Assembly: GCA_963713605.1 (NCBI GenBank)
Contig: CAVQMO010000001.1
Span: 992,001-1,056,000 of the forward strand
Reading direction: 5' to 3'
DNA length: 64,000 nucleotides
From: an uncultured Nitrososphaerales archaeon
Lineage (GTDB): Archaea; Thermoproteota; Nitrososphaeria; Nitrososphaerales; Nitrososphaeraceae
Positions 1 through 10,707 of the stretch are shown here, piece by piece (positions within the stretch are counted from its first letter, which is position 1; each line of letters opens with the position of its first letter). Position numbers and translations under genes: made by a program. The notes under the pieces are model-generated. The model ran no database searches. It was given only the letters and a program-made list of their open reading frames with translations, and was not told the origin of the DNA.

Positions 1-168
1 CAATTTTTTGACGATCACCGTGACCTTAGGTTGTATCAGATAAGGCTGAAGGACAGGGGTCTTGAATATCTTAACTCACATAGAGCCGAGTTGTTGAACC
101 TAGTAGAAAATCTAGATGCCAAGATTCGCGCTGGTCCAGTTTCGAGTCAGCAGCCCAACGGTCAATAG
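1..168 (+). CDS. 3' end of an unidentified protein (runs in from the window edge)
   Basis: Frame +1 is open from base 1 (QFFDDHRDLRLYQIRLK...QQPNGQ) to TAG at 166-168; family not recognised. Confidence 0.5.
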   Translation, partial: QFFDDHRDLRLYQIRLKDRGLEYLNSHRAELLNLVENLDAKIRAGPVSSQQPNGQ

Positions 169-278
169 ATATTCTGTGAGGCCTTAATTATGGCCTAAGG
201 ATGCGAACGTGTATGTTTTATTGGTGGCTAAGCAGGGAGTAAGTAATATATTTACTTGTACAAAGTACGTTCACTGGT

Positions 279-1100
279 ATGGGAAGGATATTTTCAGAAG
301 TAAGCGAGAGCGAAATCACAAGAACAATAACTTCGATGTTTAATGATACACTGCAGGAATATTCTCAGACAGATGTAATCGTGATTGGTGCAGGTCCAGC
401 TGGCCTGACTGCTGCCAGGGGGTTAGCTAATAATGGGATAAAAACATTGGTGATTGAACAAAACAATTACCTTGGTGGCGGATACTGGGTTGGAGGTTAC
501 ATGATGAATCCTGTTACCGTAAGAGCACCTGCTCAAATGGTTTGGGAAGAATTGGGGGTTCGGTATAAAAAAATAAATGATAGCTTATACGCAACTTGGG
601 GTCCGGAGGCATGTTCTAAGCTCATTGCCGCAGCATGTGAGGCAGGAGTTCGCTTTTTGCAACTTACAAAGTTTGATGATTTGGTTCTTAAGAACAAGCG
701 GGTAGGTGGCGTTGTTGTAAATTGGATGCCGGTCTCAGCACTTCCAAGAAATATTACATGTGTGGACCCTATTGCCCTAGAAAGTAGGATTGTAGTTGAT
801 GCCTCTGGACACGATTCCGTTGCAGTCAAGAGATTAATGCAAAGGGGTTTAGTTGATTGGAAAGGGATGGACCCGATGTGGGTAGATGGGGGAGAAGATG
901 CAGTAGTAGAAAACACCGCTGAAATATTCCCGGGACTAGTGGCGACGGGCATGTGTGTGACGGAGACATATGGTCTGCCTAGAATGGGACCGACGTTTGG
1001 CTCTATGCTTCTATCTGGAAAGAAGGTTGCAGAAATCGTAACTGACAAACTAAAAGGACTATCTGAATTTCCAAAGGTTAAGGTAAAAAACGCAAAATAG
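279..1100 (+). CDS. thi4: Thi4-family thiazole synthase (Cys-type)
   Basis: GAGPAG dinucleotide motif, GGGYWVGG, ITCVDP, PRMGPTFGSMLLSG. Confidence 0.95.
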   Translation: MGRIFSEVSESEITRTITSMFNDTLQEYSQTDVIVIGAGPAGLTAARGLANNGIKTLVIEQNNYLGGGYWVGGYMMNPVTVRAPAQMVWEELGVRYKKINDSLYATWGPEACSKLIAAACEAGVRFLQLTKFDDLVLKNKRVGGVVVNWMPVSALPRNITCVDPIALESRIVVDASGHDSVAVKRLMQRGLVDWKGMDPMWVDGGEDAVVENTAEIFPGLVATGMCVTETYGLPRMGPTFGSMLLSGKKVAEIVTDKLKGLSEFPKVKVKNAK

Positions 1101-1465
1101 TAAATACAGACCTAGTAGTGAGATATAACAGAGCCGATTAATTCGACGAATGGTCTCACCTTCTAGCATACAGATAGCCTATCCATTTTTATTCTAAGGA
1201 ATATTACAATTGATTTTCATTTCTCCATCTTTTGGTGATGCGCACCAATACCACATGAAGAGATTGGGTAACCAAATCGCATCAATTTGAGCTCTATCGA
1301 AGACCTTAGGTCAGGGCAGCCCATGTCGTGTCAATAAGACCTCGGTGGATCTATTATCGATACAACTGTTAGTATGCTACCCACGGTCTTACGCCAACGA
1401 CGCATACGACAAAACTTCCGAACGAATTATTAACAGGTCGGGTAATCCTTAGATCCTAAAAATCC

Positions 1466-2443
1466 ATGTCCAATGATCCTCGCAGAGGCGAAAACATCTC
1501 TTCTCACAGACCAGAGACATACGAAGTAATAATTATAGGATCCGGACCAGCAGGTTATACCGCTGGGGTTTATACGTCCAGAGCTAAATTGAATACGCTC
1601 CTAATATCAGGATCTTTGCCCGGAGGACAGCTGATGACGACAAGTGAAGTGGAGAATTATCCTGGATTTCCAAATGGAATTTTCGGCCCTGAATTGATGA
1701 TGAACATGCGCCAGCAGGCAGAAAGATTTGGGGCTAAACTTTTAGATGATGAAGTAATGGAGGTCGATTTCAAAAAGAGGCCTTTCGAAATTAAGACCCA
1801 TGGCCAGGAGTTTCGTTGCGAGTCGGTTGTTATATGTACCGGGGCATCACCGCGAAAGCTGGGCTTAAAAGCCGAGCAAGAGTTCGCAGGTAAAGGTATC
1901 TCATACTGCGCAACCTGCGATGGACCGTTTTTCAAAGGAGAAGATATTGCGGTCGTAGGTGGGGGCGATACCGCAATTGAAGAAGCAACCTTCCTTACTA
2001 AATTTGGAAAATCAGTTAAAATAATACATAGAAAGGATTTCCTGAGGGCTAGCAAGATTCTCCAAGAAAAAGCCTTTGAGAACCCCAAGATTGACTTTGT
2101 CTGGGATCATGTGGTATCCGATATTAGCGGCAATAAGAAGATCAACAGTATCTCTGTCAGAAATCTTAGAACTGGCGAGGAAAGGAAGATACCAGTTGGC
2201 GGCCTTTTTGTTGCGATAGGTCACGAACCGAACACATCTATATTTAAGGGCCAACTCGAGCTCGATGATAGAGGTTATATCGTTCTAACTAAGAATACTA
2301 GAACAAGCGTTGATGGGGTATTCGCAGCAGGCGACGTGCATGATCACAGGTATCGTCAGGCGATCACGGCTGGAGGGTTTGGGTGTATGGCGGCGTTAGA
2401 CGTCGAAAGGTGGCTAGTGGGGATTCGAGGTACAGGACTATAA
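1466..2443 (+). CDS. trxB: Thioredoxin-disulfide reductase
   Basis: GSGPAG, CATCDG redox motif, GGGDTA, AAGDV..RQAITA. Confidence 0.97.
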   Translation: MSNDPRRGENISSHRPETYEVIIIGSGPAGYTAGVYTSRAKLNTLLISGSLPGGQLMTTSEVENYPGFPNGIFGPELMMNMRQQAERFGAKLLDDEVMEVDFKKRPFEIKTHGQEFRCESVVICTGASPRKLGLKAEQEFAGKGISYCATCDGPFFKGEDIAVVGGGDTAIEEATFLTKFGKSVKIIHRKDFLRASKILQEKAFENPKIDFVWDHVVSDISGNKKINSISVRNLRTGEERKIPVGGLFVAIGHEPNTSIFKGQLELDDRGYIVLTKNTRTSVDGVFAAGDVHDHRYRQAITAGGFGCMAALDVERWLVGIRGTGL

Positions 2444-2477
2444 TATTCATCGGTTCCTTATTGCATTTGGTTTGAGG

Positions 2478-3486
2478 CTAATCGGCATCGAGCGCGAGCG
2501 ACGGGAGATGCTCTGACTCGGCCAATAATTTTGTAATCTGACTCTCGTCGAACAATTTCAATTGTTGATAAAGAGTCTTGAATTTCCTACCGTCGTCCGC
2601 AAATATGCCTACAATAGAGCCTCCGCTCTTCATTCCTTGTGAAATCTTTACCATGGCCGACATCACTGCACCAGTCGAGGGCCCAACAAATAGCTTTTCT
2701 TTTTCAGCCAATTCTTTTACCATCAAAAATGATTCATCGTTGGTGGCTGTAAACCATTCATCAGCTACATGTTTCCTTCTAAGGAAAAGGTCTGGCATAG
2801 CGGATTCTTCAAAATTCCTCAAACCTTGCAACAAATGATTTCTTTGTGCTTGTACCGCTATGACACGGATATGTGGATTATTTTCCTTCAGAAACGTCGC
2901 TGTGCCAGTGATGGTTCCTCCAGTCCCGCACCCAGTAACAAAATGGGTAACAGTACCGTCGGTTTGTTCCCATATCTCAGGTCCTGTTGCTTCATAATGA
3001 GACAAGAAATTCAGCTTCATTTTCGTATTGATTAGGCATGTAGTATATATCAGGCCTAGGTTTCGAGATAGCCTTCGCAAGGGCTATACTCTGATCAGTA
3101 CCTGCTCCTACCCTTGGGCAAAGATCATCTGTAGTTTCATGTAAACTAGCTCCCAATTTCTTCAAAAGTGATTTGGTCTCTTGACTGACTTTTTCAGGAA
3201 TAACTATCTCAACCTTATAGCCTAGAGCTGTGGCAATCCCAGCCAGAGCGATTCCAGTATTACCTGAGCTAGGTTCGATAATGATACTAGAATCCTTTCT
3301 AAGTAATCCTTTCCTTTCACCATCCTTGATCATCCAATACGCGGGTCTATCCTTTACTGACCCAAATGGGTTGTACCACTCGAGTTTGGCATAGAACCTT
3401 ATGTATTTGGTTGAAAAGGAAGAAAGTTCTACGAGTGGAGTGTTTCCAATACGTTCAGCAACTTTCGCTTGAGCTAAAGTGGCCAT
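2478..3486 (-). CDS. PLP-dependent cysteine synthase family protein (one frameshift near 3010, probably a sequencing error)
   Basis: IGNTPL, NPFGSVKDR (PLP Lys) and EPSSGNTG in ORF 2992-3486; HYEATGPEI and GCGTGGT in ORF 2478-3080. Confidence 0.9.
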
Positions 3487-3490
3487 ACTT

Positions 3491-3739
3491 CTACTTTCCT
3501 TTTTTTATCATAAATTCCAGATCTGGTTTGATCAGGTTTACTGAAAGCAACTCGTGACCATTCCTATTGACCCATCTTGAAATATCTTCTTCAGAAGCAG
3601 GATCGTCAGCGATTACTTTGATTATCTCCCCTTTGGCAAGTCGTTCCATCTCTATTTTGGTTCTGAACACCGGCTCAGGGCAATATAACCCCCTCACATC
3701 AATTGTCTTTGTCGGAGCAATGTCACTTTTGGCACTCAA
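3491..3739 (-). CDS. tusA: TusA/SirA-family sulfurtransferase
   Basis: DVRGLYCPEP motif, ADDP, 82 aa. Confidence 0.92.
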   Translation of the reverse strand: MSAKSDIAPTKTIDVRGLYCPEPVFRTKIEMERLAKGEIIKVIADDPASEEDISRWVNRNGHELLSVNLIKPDLEFMIKKGK

Positions 3740-3806
3740 GGAATAAATTAATTTGAGTTCTCAAGATATTAAATGTTTAGAAACATTCTGACAACGTAGG
3801 AATCTT

Positions 3807-4574
3807 TTATCGAAAAAGGTCATGAGCACTGTCCCTCACTAGCGACTTGGTGGAACTGGTTTCAGTAAAAGAAAATTTATAGCCTCTTACTATTGCTATA
3901 GGCACCTTTTCAGTCTTACCCATTACGAGTTCTGCGGCTGACGCAAGTTCGTCAGCGACTGCAATTTCAGTAATCCTGAGAATATTGCCGTACATATCAG
4001 TTCGCCCTATATCACTCTTTATCGAATCTATACCTGACACTCCAATCGCAACATTTGTCTGTCCCAATCTAAAAGGCCTTCCAAATGTATCTGACACTAT
4101 AACGGCAATATTCATGCCAATCGACTCAGCAATTGCTTGTCTTATTCGTTTAGCAGAGAGATCTGGATCTTTGGGCAACAACAATACAAAGTCGTCTCCA
4201 GGACTACTTACGTTACTTTGATCTATTCCAGAATTCGCACAAATAAACCCATGTCTTGTTTCGGTGATGATCAGATTTTCCGAATACCTAACCAAATTCC
4301 TGGACTCCATGAGAATTGATTCTACAAATCGAGGATCCTTCTTTGTCTTCCTGGCTAGTTCCAGTGCGTGGTTCGACGGTTTCACCTTCGATAGATCTAA
4401 AATTCGACCCTCAGATTTTGAAATAATTTTCTGCGTAACTACCACCACGTCATGATTCTTCATGGATATTTGATTTGCCTTGATTGTCTGCATTATTAAA
4501 CTGGCAATATCGTCACCTCTTGTTACATCCTTCTCCACGGGTATCGGTATAATTTGCAGGGGTTGGACTGACAA
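3807..4574 (-). CDS. cofE: Coenzyme F420-0:L-glutamate ligase
   Basis: QKIISKSEG, ANSGIDQSN, DTFGRPFR, ADELASAAELVMG. Confidence 0.95.
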   Translation of the reverse strand: MSVQPLQIIPIPVEKDVTRGDDIASLIMQTIKANQISMKNHDVVVVTQKIISKSEGRILDLSKVKPSNHALELARKTKKDPRFVESILMESRNLVRYSENLIITETRHGFICANSGIDQSNVSSPGDDFVLLLPKDPDLSAKRIRQAIAESIGMNIAVIVSDTFGRPFRLGQTNVAIGVSGIDSIKSDIGRTDMYGNILRITEIAVADELASAAELVMGKTEKVPIAIVRGYKFSFTETSSTKSLVRDSAHDLFR

Positions 4575-4593
4575 TTATTTTGATCTGTAAAAT

Positions 4594-5244
4594 CTAGATA
4601 TTAGCTAAAACGGCTTTACCGAACCTTTTTTCAAGTAGATTTAATAGAAGCGACAAATCACGAATCTCAATAACCGCATCAGCACTTTCCCTTATTTTAT
4701 CTACTGGGCAAAATCCCACGGTAAAGCCTGCAAGGGCAAAAAGTTTTAGATCATTTGCGCCGTCAACCACAACAACTGTATCTTCTTTTTTAACACCCCA
4801 CTCCAGCAACACATCCTTAATCGCAGTTGCTTTATCAGAAGTTACTCTGACGTTGACATCTTGCAGGACTCCGTTGGAAAAGATCAGCTCATTAGCGAAT
4901 ATTCTATCTAGGCATAACATTTCTTTAAGCCTATCCGTGATTATGGTGAAGCCACCGGAGACAGCGATCAATTTCCACCCGGACCGTTTTAAGGCCTGAC
5001 ATAATTCTACAGCGCCAGGCATAATCTGTAGATTCTGGCCTATCTTCTTGGCATCGCTAAGTCGAATACCTCTTAACGCATGAACCCGTTTTATTAGACC
5101 TTCTTCCCAGTCTATTTCGCCGCGTATCCCCTGCTTTGTAATGTCCCAGATCTCCTTCTCCTTTTCTGGGCCCATAACTTGAGCCAGAACCGGAAGATAC
5201 TCTGCATTCAGAAGAACTCCTTCAACATCAAAGACGACAAGCAT
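4594..5244 (-). CDS. serB: Phosphoserine phosphatase-like HAD hydrolase
   Basis: FDVEGVL motif I, SGGF, DGANDL. Confidence 0.8.
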   Translation of the reverse strand: MLVVFDVEGVLLNAEYLPVLAQVMGPEKEKEIWDITKQGIRGEIDWEEGLIKRVHALRGIRLSDAKKIGQNLQIMPGAVELCQALKRSGWKLIAVSGGFTIITDRLKEMLCLDRIFANELIFSNGVLQDVNVRVTSDKATAIKDVLLEWGVKKEDTVVVVDGANDLKLFALAGFTVGFCPVDKIRESADAVIEIRDLSLLLNLLEKRFGKAVLANI

Positions 5245-5423
5245 CTTAGGAATATCAATCAGACCTCTAATTTTACTATATATTAATTTTGTTTAGAAAA
5301 AAACGTGTAGAAGGATCTCTACACCAGAGATATATTATTATTGAATTAAACATTCGAACAAATCATTGTTATCTGCCATTGAAGGAAAAGCATTATATCA
5401 TGAAATTACTGAAGCATGTATGA

Positions 5424-5717
5424 ATGAATGAAGAAGCGACGGTTGAGACTAAATTCCTAGTTCCCGTGAAACAAGTAGAAAAAACGGTAAAGTTATCGAA
5501 TGATTCAAAAAATGAACTCAAGAGCATTGGAATGATGGACGATAAAGGAAAGTTGAAATTGAAAGGTGTTAGTCCACGTATGCTGAGGCGTATGAAACTC
5601 GAGGCCGTAGACTGTCCTGTACTGCAATGTGAAGTTGGATTTATTCAATGTTATGTCTGTAAGAACTTTCACAGCCGAATATCTGGACAGGTGTACTGCA
5701 AAGGAGAGCCTTTATAG
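5424..5717 (+). CDS. Hypothetical protein with Cys-rich C-terminus (possible metal binding)
   Basis: Clean 97-aa ORF; CPV...CYVC...YC. Confidence 0.7.
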   Translation: MNEEATVETKFLVPVKQVEKTVKLSNDSKNELKSIGMMDDKGKLKLKGVSPRMLRRMKLEAVDCPVLQCEVGFIQCYVCKNFHSRISGQVYCKGEPL

Positions 5718-5760
5718 GTCGCCAAAACTTCATAAATCGATTCTTATCTGCCTTTCATAA

Positions 5761-7223
5761 TTGAAGATACAAAAAGAATACGGGATTACGGCGAAGAAAG
5801 GTGACAATTTAAGCGATTGGTATAGCCAAGTTGTATTAAAAACAGATCTTATCGACTATGGTCCCTCAAAGGGATTTATAGTATTAAAGCCATATGGATA
5901 TTCAATCTGGGAATCGATAAAACAGATTGTTGACATTCGTCTTAAGGATTCTGGCCACCAAAATGCATACCTTCCAACTGTTATCCCTGAAAGTTTGCTA
6001 AGAAAGGAAGAAGTTCACTTCTCGGGATTTAATTCAGAAGTATTCTGGATAACCAAAGCAGGAGATAATCCACTACAAGAAAACCTCGCCTTGCGACCAA
6101 CTTCGGAAGCAATTGCTTATTACCTATTCTCTAATTGGGTTGCCAGTTATAAGGACCTTCCCCTGAAACTTAATTTTTGGAATTCGGCAATGAGGGCTGA
6201 AATAAAGTCCACAAAACCATTTATTCGGAATTCTGAATTTCTTTGGCAGGAGGGTCATACAGTACACGCACGAGCAGCAGAGAGGCAAAAGAGGAGGTTA
6301 GGTTTATACTAGATCTATACGAGAGGATTTTAGCAGATTATTTAGCCATCCCCGTTCTGAAGGGAACCAAAACAAGGAAGGAGAAGTTTGTTGGGGCGGT
6401 CGCGACTACTACGCTTGAAGGCATAATGCCAGATGGGAAGGCATTACAACTGGCTACTTCGCATAATCTCGGTCAAAATTTTTCAGTCCCATTTGACATA
6501 AAGTTTCTCGGTAGTGACAATCTAGAACATTTCGCCTGGCAAACCTCGTGGGGAATATCTTGGCGATTGATAGGGGCTTTCATTATGATCCATGGCGATG
6601 ATCGCGGGCTAGTCTTGCCTCCGAAAATCGCTCCAATTCAAGTGGTCATTGTTCCCATCCATAAGAAGGACCCGTCAAATCAGAATGTTATACCTAAATC
6701 AATGGAACTCGCATCGGAACTGACGAAGGCAGGAATAAGAGTGCATTTAGATACTCGGGATGAATTCACAGCAGGATGGAAATATAACGATTGGGAGAAA
6801 AAAGGTGTCCCCTTGAGAATTAATATTGGACCCAAAGAGGTATTGAGGGAAGAACTAGAAATCGTTAGAAGGGATACATTGCAGAAGGAGACAATTCCAC
6901 TAAGCAGTTTGGTTAAAAGGGTGACAGAATTATTGGATCTCGTTCATACTGGTCTCCTCAAAAAGGCGAGCGAGGCCCTTCGAAGTTGCATGGCCAACGC
7001 AAGCAGCTTTTACCAACTTAAAGAAATGATCCAGAAGCAAGTAGGTTTTGTTTCTGCAGGCTGGTGTGGTGACGAAAACTGTGAAGTTTCCATTAAGGAA
7101 GAAACGGGAGCGGACATACGGCTCATACCTTTTGAAAGCAATAAGACGTGGAATTCCACGCTCAGATGTATTTATTGCGGTAAAAAGGCAGAAACCATTC
7201 CGGTGTTCGCTAAAGCCTACTAA
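5761..7223 (+). CDS. proS: Proline--tRNA ligase, archaeal/eukaryotic type (frameshift near 6270)
   Basis: LRPTSE, EFLWQEGHT, QTSWGISWR, HGDDRGLVLPP, C-terminal AKAY. Confidence 0.95.
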
Positions 7224-7328
7224 ATGCAAGCCCTTTCCGTGTAGGCTATCCCTGTTTGCTTTTGAAACCATTTGCAATACAGATTTTCTGAGGGCAACTA
7301 CTAGATATATAGGTCGTTAGCAGCTTTA

Positions 7329-7997
7329 TTGCGATTGACAACACTAGATTGGCTATTTTCTCTCTTTGATAGTTTTGGATATCTAGGTGTTTTCACAGCG
7401 AGCTTTATCGGAAGTATTATAGTATTTGTGCCCGTGCCCTATTTCCCTGTTTTGGTAGCGGCCGCGCTAAGTGAGCAATTAGACCCGAACTTGATTTCTC
7501 TGGTTAGCGCGTTCGGGGTTTTGCTGGCAAAAATGATAATATTTTATGCAAGTTATTATGGCCGGAGCGTTCTGAGCGACAAGACCAAACAAAGGATGTT
7601 CCCTCTTCAGAAAGTGCTTCGCAGGTATGGAGGATTGGGGGCATTTATAGTTGCCTTAACTCCGATACCAGACGATCTGGTATACATCCCTCTTGGGCTG
7701 GCAAGGTACAGTCCATGGAAATTTGCTATAGCTACGTTCACTGGTAAGTTCATACTTAATGAAATAATTGTATGGAGCTCTGTAATTTTAGGAAGGCCAT
7801 TTATTGAATCATTTATCTCCACAGATATAGATCCCCTTTACCTGACGCTTGGGATTATTGCGAGTGTTGCTGTATTAGTTATTATTGTATACCTTTCAAT
7901 TCGTTTGGATTGGGCGAGAGTAATTGGAAAGTGGTTTCCTTGGGCAGTAGATAGTTCAGATAATGACGATATTCCTAATCAGTCCAATTCGACTTAA
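7329..7997 (+). CDS. DedA/VTT-domain membrane protein
   Basis: Hydrophobic segments; FVPVP, TPIPDD, GK motif. Confidence 0.8.
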   Translation: MRLTTLDWLFSLFDSFGYLGVFTASFIGSIIVFVPVPYFPVLVAAALSEQLDPNLISLVSAFGVLLAKMIIFYASYYGRSVLSDKTKQRMFPLQKVLRRYGGLGAFIVALTPIPDDLVYIPLGLARYSPWKFAIATFTGKFILNEIIVWSSVILGRPFIESFISTDIDPLYLTLGIIASVAVLVIIVYLSIRLDWARVIGKWFPWAVDSSDNDDIPNQSNST

Positions 7998-8408
7998 AAT
8001 AGAAGCGGTCGCATCATAGGTTTGATATGAATTGATGGAATGCCGAAACGAACCCAAGGGTGGTTAGTCAATAATTTAATTTCCATTTTAGGTTAAAGTC
8101 TTATCCTGCAAGTTTCCATGACATAAATTGCTGCCGGCACAAGAGTCTTGACTTTCCAAATATCCCTAAAATTCGAACTATCATAACTCTGATGGGATCA
8201 GCTCAATAACTTTATAACTGATACCAGAGATTTAAAATACATGCAATCAAAATCTCATCTCTATAGCCTATACCTGGCCGACCAAGGTTTACATTTACAA
8301 ACTAATAAGAAGTAGGAAAAATAAACGGGAAAACGAAATATCCGCCTGAAACCATATATCTTAGGAACAAGACCGTAAGAGATAGGATAGTCTTATGGTT
8401 TTAAAAAG

Positions 8409-9216
8409 TTGCAAACGATAGACATTTTGAAGGCTGCCGCTTCTGAGGTTTTCAAGAAGACAAGAAACCTTATTGGTAGGCCAGAAAGCGCCGTGACATT
8501 TGGAAGAGGCGCAGGAGGAGACCTGTCGTCGAAAATAGATTTGGTAGCAGAGAATGCAGGTACCGAATACCATTAGAAAGACTTGAGTTTAGGCCGACAG
8601 TGATTGGAGAAGAGTGCGGCATAATTAAGGGCGGCGATGGTTACTTGGTTATGGACGCCGTAGACGGAACGACTAATGCTACGCGGGGGATTCCATTCTG
8701 CTGCCTGCTCACTAGCGTATGCAACTCATTTCAGCCTTAGTTCAGTGAGTGATGCTATCATAATTGATTTGAACACTGGGGACGTTTACGAATCCTCCGT
8801 AAATAAGGGTGCTTCCATGAACGGTGTCAGACTAAAGATTAATGATAATGATATTCGTGAAGGGGTCAAGGGGCAGAACGAACTTGTTGTCGGAGTTAAC
8901 ATTTCTGGTATGGGTGCCGACAGTATTGAAAAACTCATCAAGATCATATCGAAATGTTTGCACGTTAGACATTTGGGTGCAAACGCACTTGAACTATGTT
9001 TTTTTGCCCGAGGTCTTATTGACATGTATATTGATCTTCGAGGCAAAATAAGAGTGACTGACTTGGCGAGCTGCTTATTTAATTACTAAAGAGGCAGGAG
9101 GGATCCTATTTAACCCTCAAGGTAAATATCTTGACACAGATTTGTCACTCCATAATAGAATATCCTTTATTGCTGCAAAGAATAGAGAATTTTTGCGACT
9201 CTTACAAGAAGGCTAG
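8409..9216 (+). CDS. Inositol monophosphatase / FBPase-family protein (several frameshifts)
   Basis: Manual reading across frames gives GAGGD..KIDLVAE, IGEE, MDAVDGTTNA, RHLGANALELC, D..A..LI.KEAGG; TAG at 9214-9216. Confidence 0.85.
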
Positions 9217-9230
9217 GACAATATGTTCAG

Positions 9231-9333
9231 CGCCCGGGCCGGGATTCGAACCCGGGTCGAAGGAGTGACAGTCCCCCATACTAGACCGGACTTTACAGAG
9301 CTTATGAACGCAGCTCTTCTATACTACCCGGGC
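9231..9333 (-). tRNA. tRNA-Asp(GTC) with 28-nt D-loop intron (approx. 9291-9318, position 15/16)
   Basis: GCCCGGG acceptor stem, GGGGA-CTGTCAC-TCCTT anticodon arm, TTCGAAT T-loop; insert folds as AGAGCT/AGCTCT with flanking 3-nt bulges. Confidence 0.93.
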
Positions 9334-9503
9334 GCGCAAACTCAAGCAGTGAATCTAAAATACTAATTAAAAACGTTTTGCTTGTTGATTTGTAACATGA
9401 GAAAAAAGGAATTCAGGGTACTTATCACCTTATGAATACTCAGGTTGCATGTGCTCATTAGTATATGATTAAATTATAGCCATGCAAAGCCTAACTGTTA
9501 GGT

Positions 9504-9590
9504 GGGCCCGTAGCTCAGCCAGGTAAAGTACCGGACTTTTAACACGTGAAAGAAATCCGGCTGTCTCGGGTTCGAATCCCGACGGGCCCG
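9504..9590 (+). tRNA. tRNA-Lys(TTT) with 13-nt canonical 37/38 intron (9542-9554)
   Basis: GGGCCCG/CGGGCCC acceptor, CCGGA-CTTTTA[intron]A-TCCGG, CTTT/AAAG central BHB helix. Confidence 0.93.
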
Positions 9591-10707
9591 CATTAAGATA
9601 GTCCGAATTCATAATCGATGCTCGTTAGTGAATAAGTTAGCTAAAGACAAAAACAACAGCAATCCCTGAAGAGGAGAGACAAACGTTAGACAAATGGTTT
9701 GAATGAAGCTTTAGGAATTAAAATCACGCGAAACCGTGATCATGAGGAGGTATTTAACCCCAGAAACACATTGTATTTCAATAGTTTTGGACAAAAGAGA
9801 AATCTGCAGAGTGGCTCATCTATGCAAGCTCAAACGTGAATTCTCGCTCCTAAATTCAAGGAGTCCAATATATGCCAGCATCTATTTAGTATTCATACTG
9901 TCGAAAACACCTTCTACATATCTACAAAAAACTATATCAAAATTATTTGTTGAAACACCAGGAACCTAAAATGCTAACTCAAATTTTGCATTGTACTACC
10001 TCACAAAATGTGTCAGACCTCGATTTTTTAGGTTCTTGCTCTCAATGAATCGTACTTTCCCCTTCCCTTAGAGCCTATTTGGCAGGATATTTGGGATGCC
10101 CAACATTGTCTAACTCCGCCGGTGCCTTTTGCTTGGACATTAGCCAAGTGAATAATAGAGAATGGCATAGGATATTATCGCTTCGATTGAAGATTTCTCG
10201 GAAAAAAGGTCAATTACGTTCCCATACATCTAGGTAACAATTTTGCAAATATTACGAATCCTCTTGACACTCTATGTACCTTGCAGACTGATGAGATTTG
10301 CCATCTCTTCTTGTAGAAACATTGAAAAGTCTTGTTAAGTAGTAACATTAAAAGACTTGGTAGAGATTACCCTACGATTATGCGTTGTGGGGCTCAATGC
10401 TGCTGCATTGTTTGCAACCACTGAAGAGACTTTTTAATTGCTTTGTTCAAATCCTTTGAAGTAACTCTTTGATGCTACCTATAACTTGTTGTCTTGAGAG
10501 AGTCAATATCTGTAATGGTTTGCGAATAAAATTCTTGGGCATTCTGAGGATTTACACTCTAGTATTGTCCATAAGTATTTTGAATATTGTCGAGGTAAGG
10601 AGCATCGGAAGAATTAAGTGCACGTAGGATGGCATTCTGAGGGTCAATATGACTGGTCGATAATTTCTCTCGATGCTGAAGTTGCCTATTTATCTGTACT
10701 GGGGTAA

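Noticed and set aside
169..278. TPP riboswitch upstream of thi4
   Set aside because: No recognisable TPP aptamer core, and the TATA-like box is only about 30 nt from the ATG
1200..1440. Structured ncRNA between thi4 and trxB (TGATGCG...CGCATCA hairpin)
   Set aside because: One modest hairpin with no family-defining motif; not distinguishable from chance
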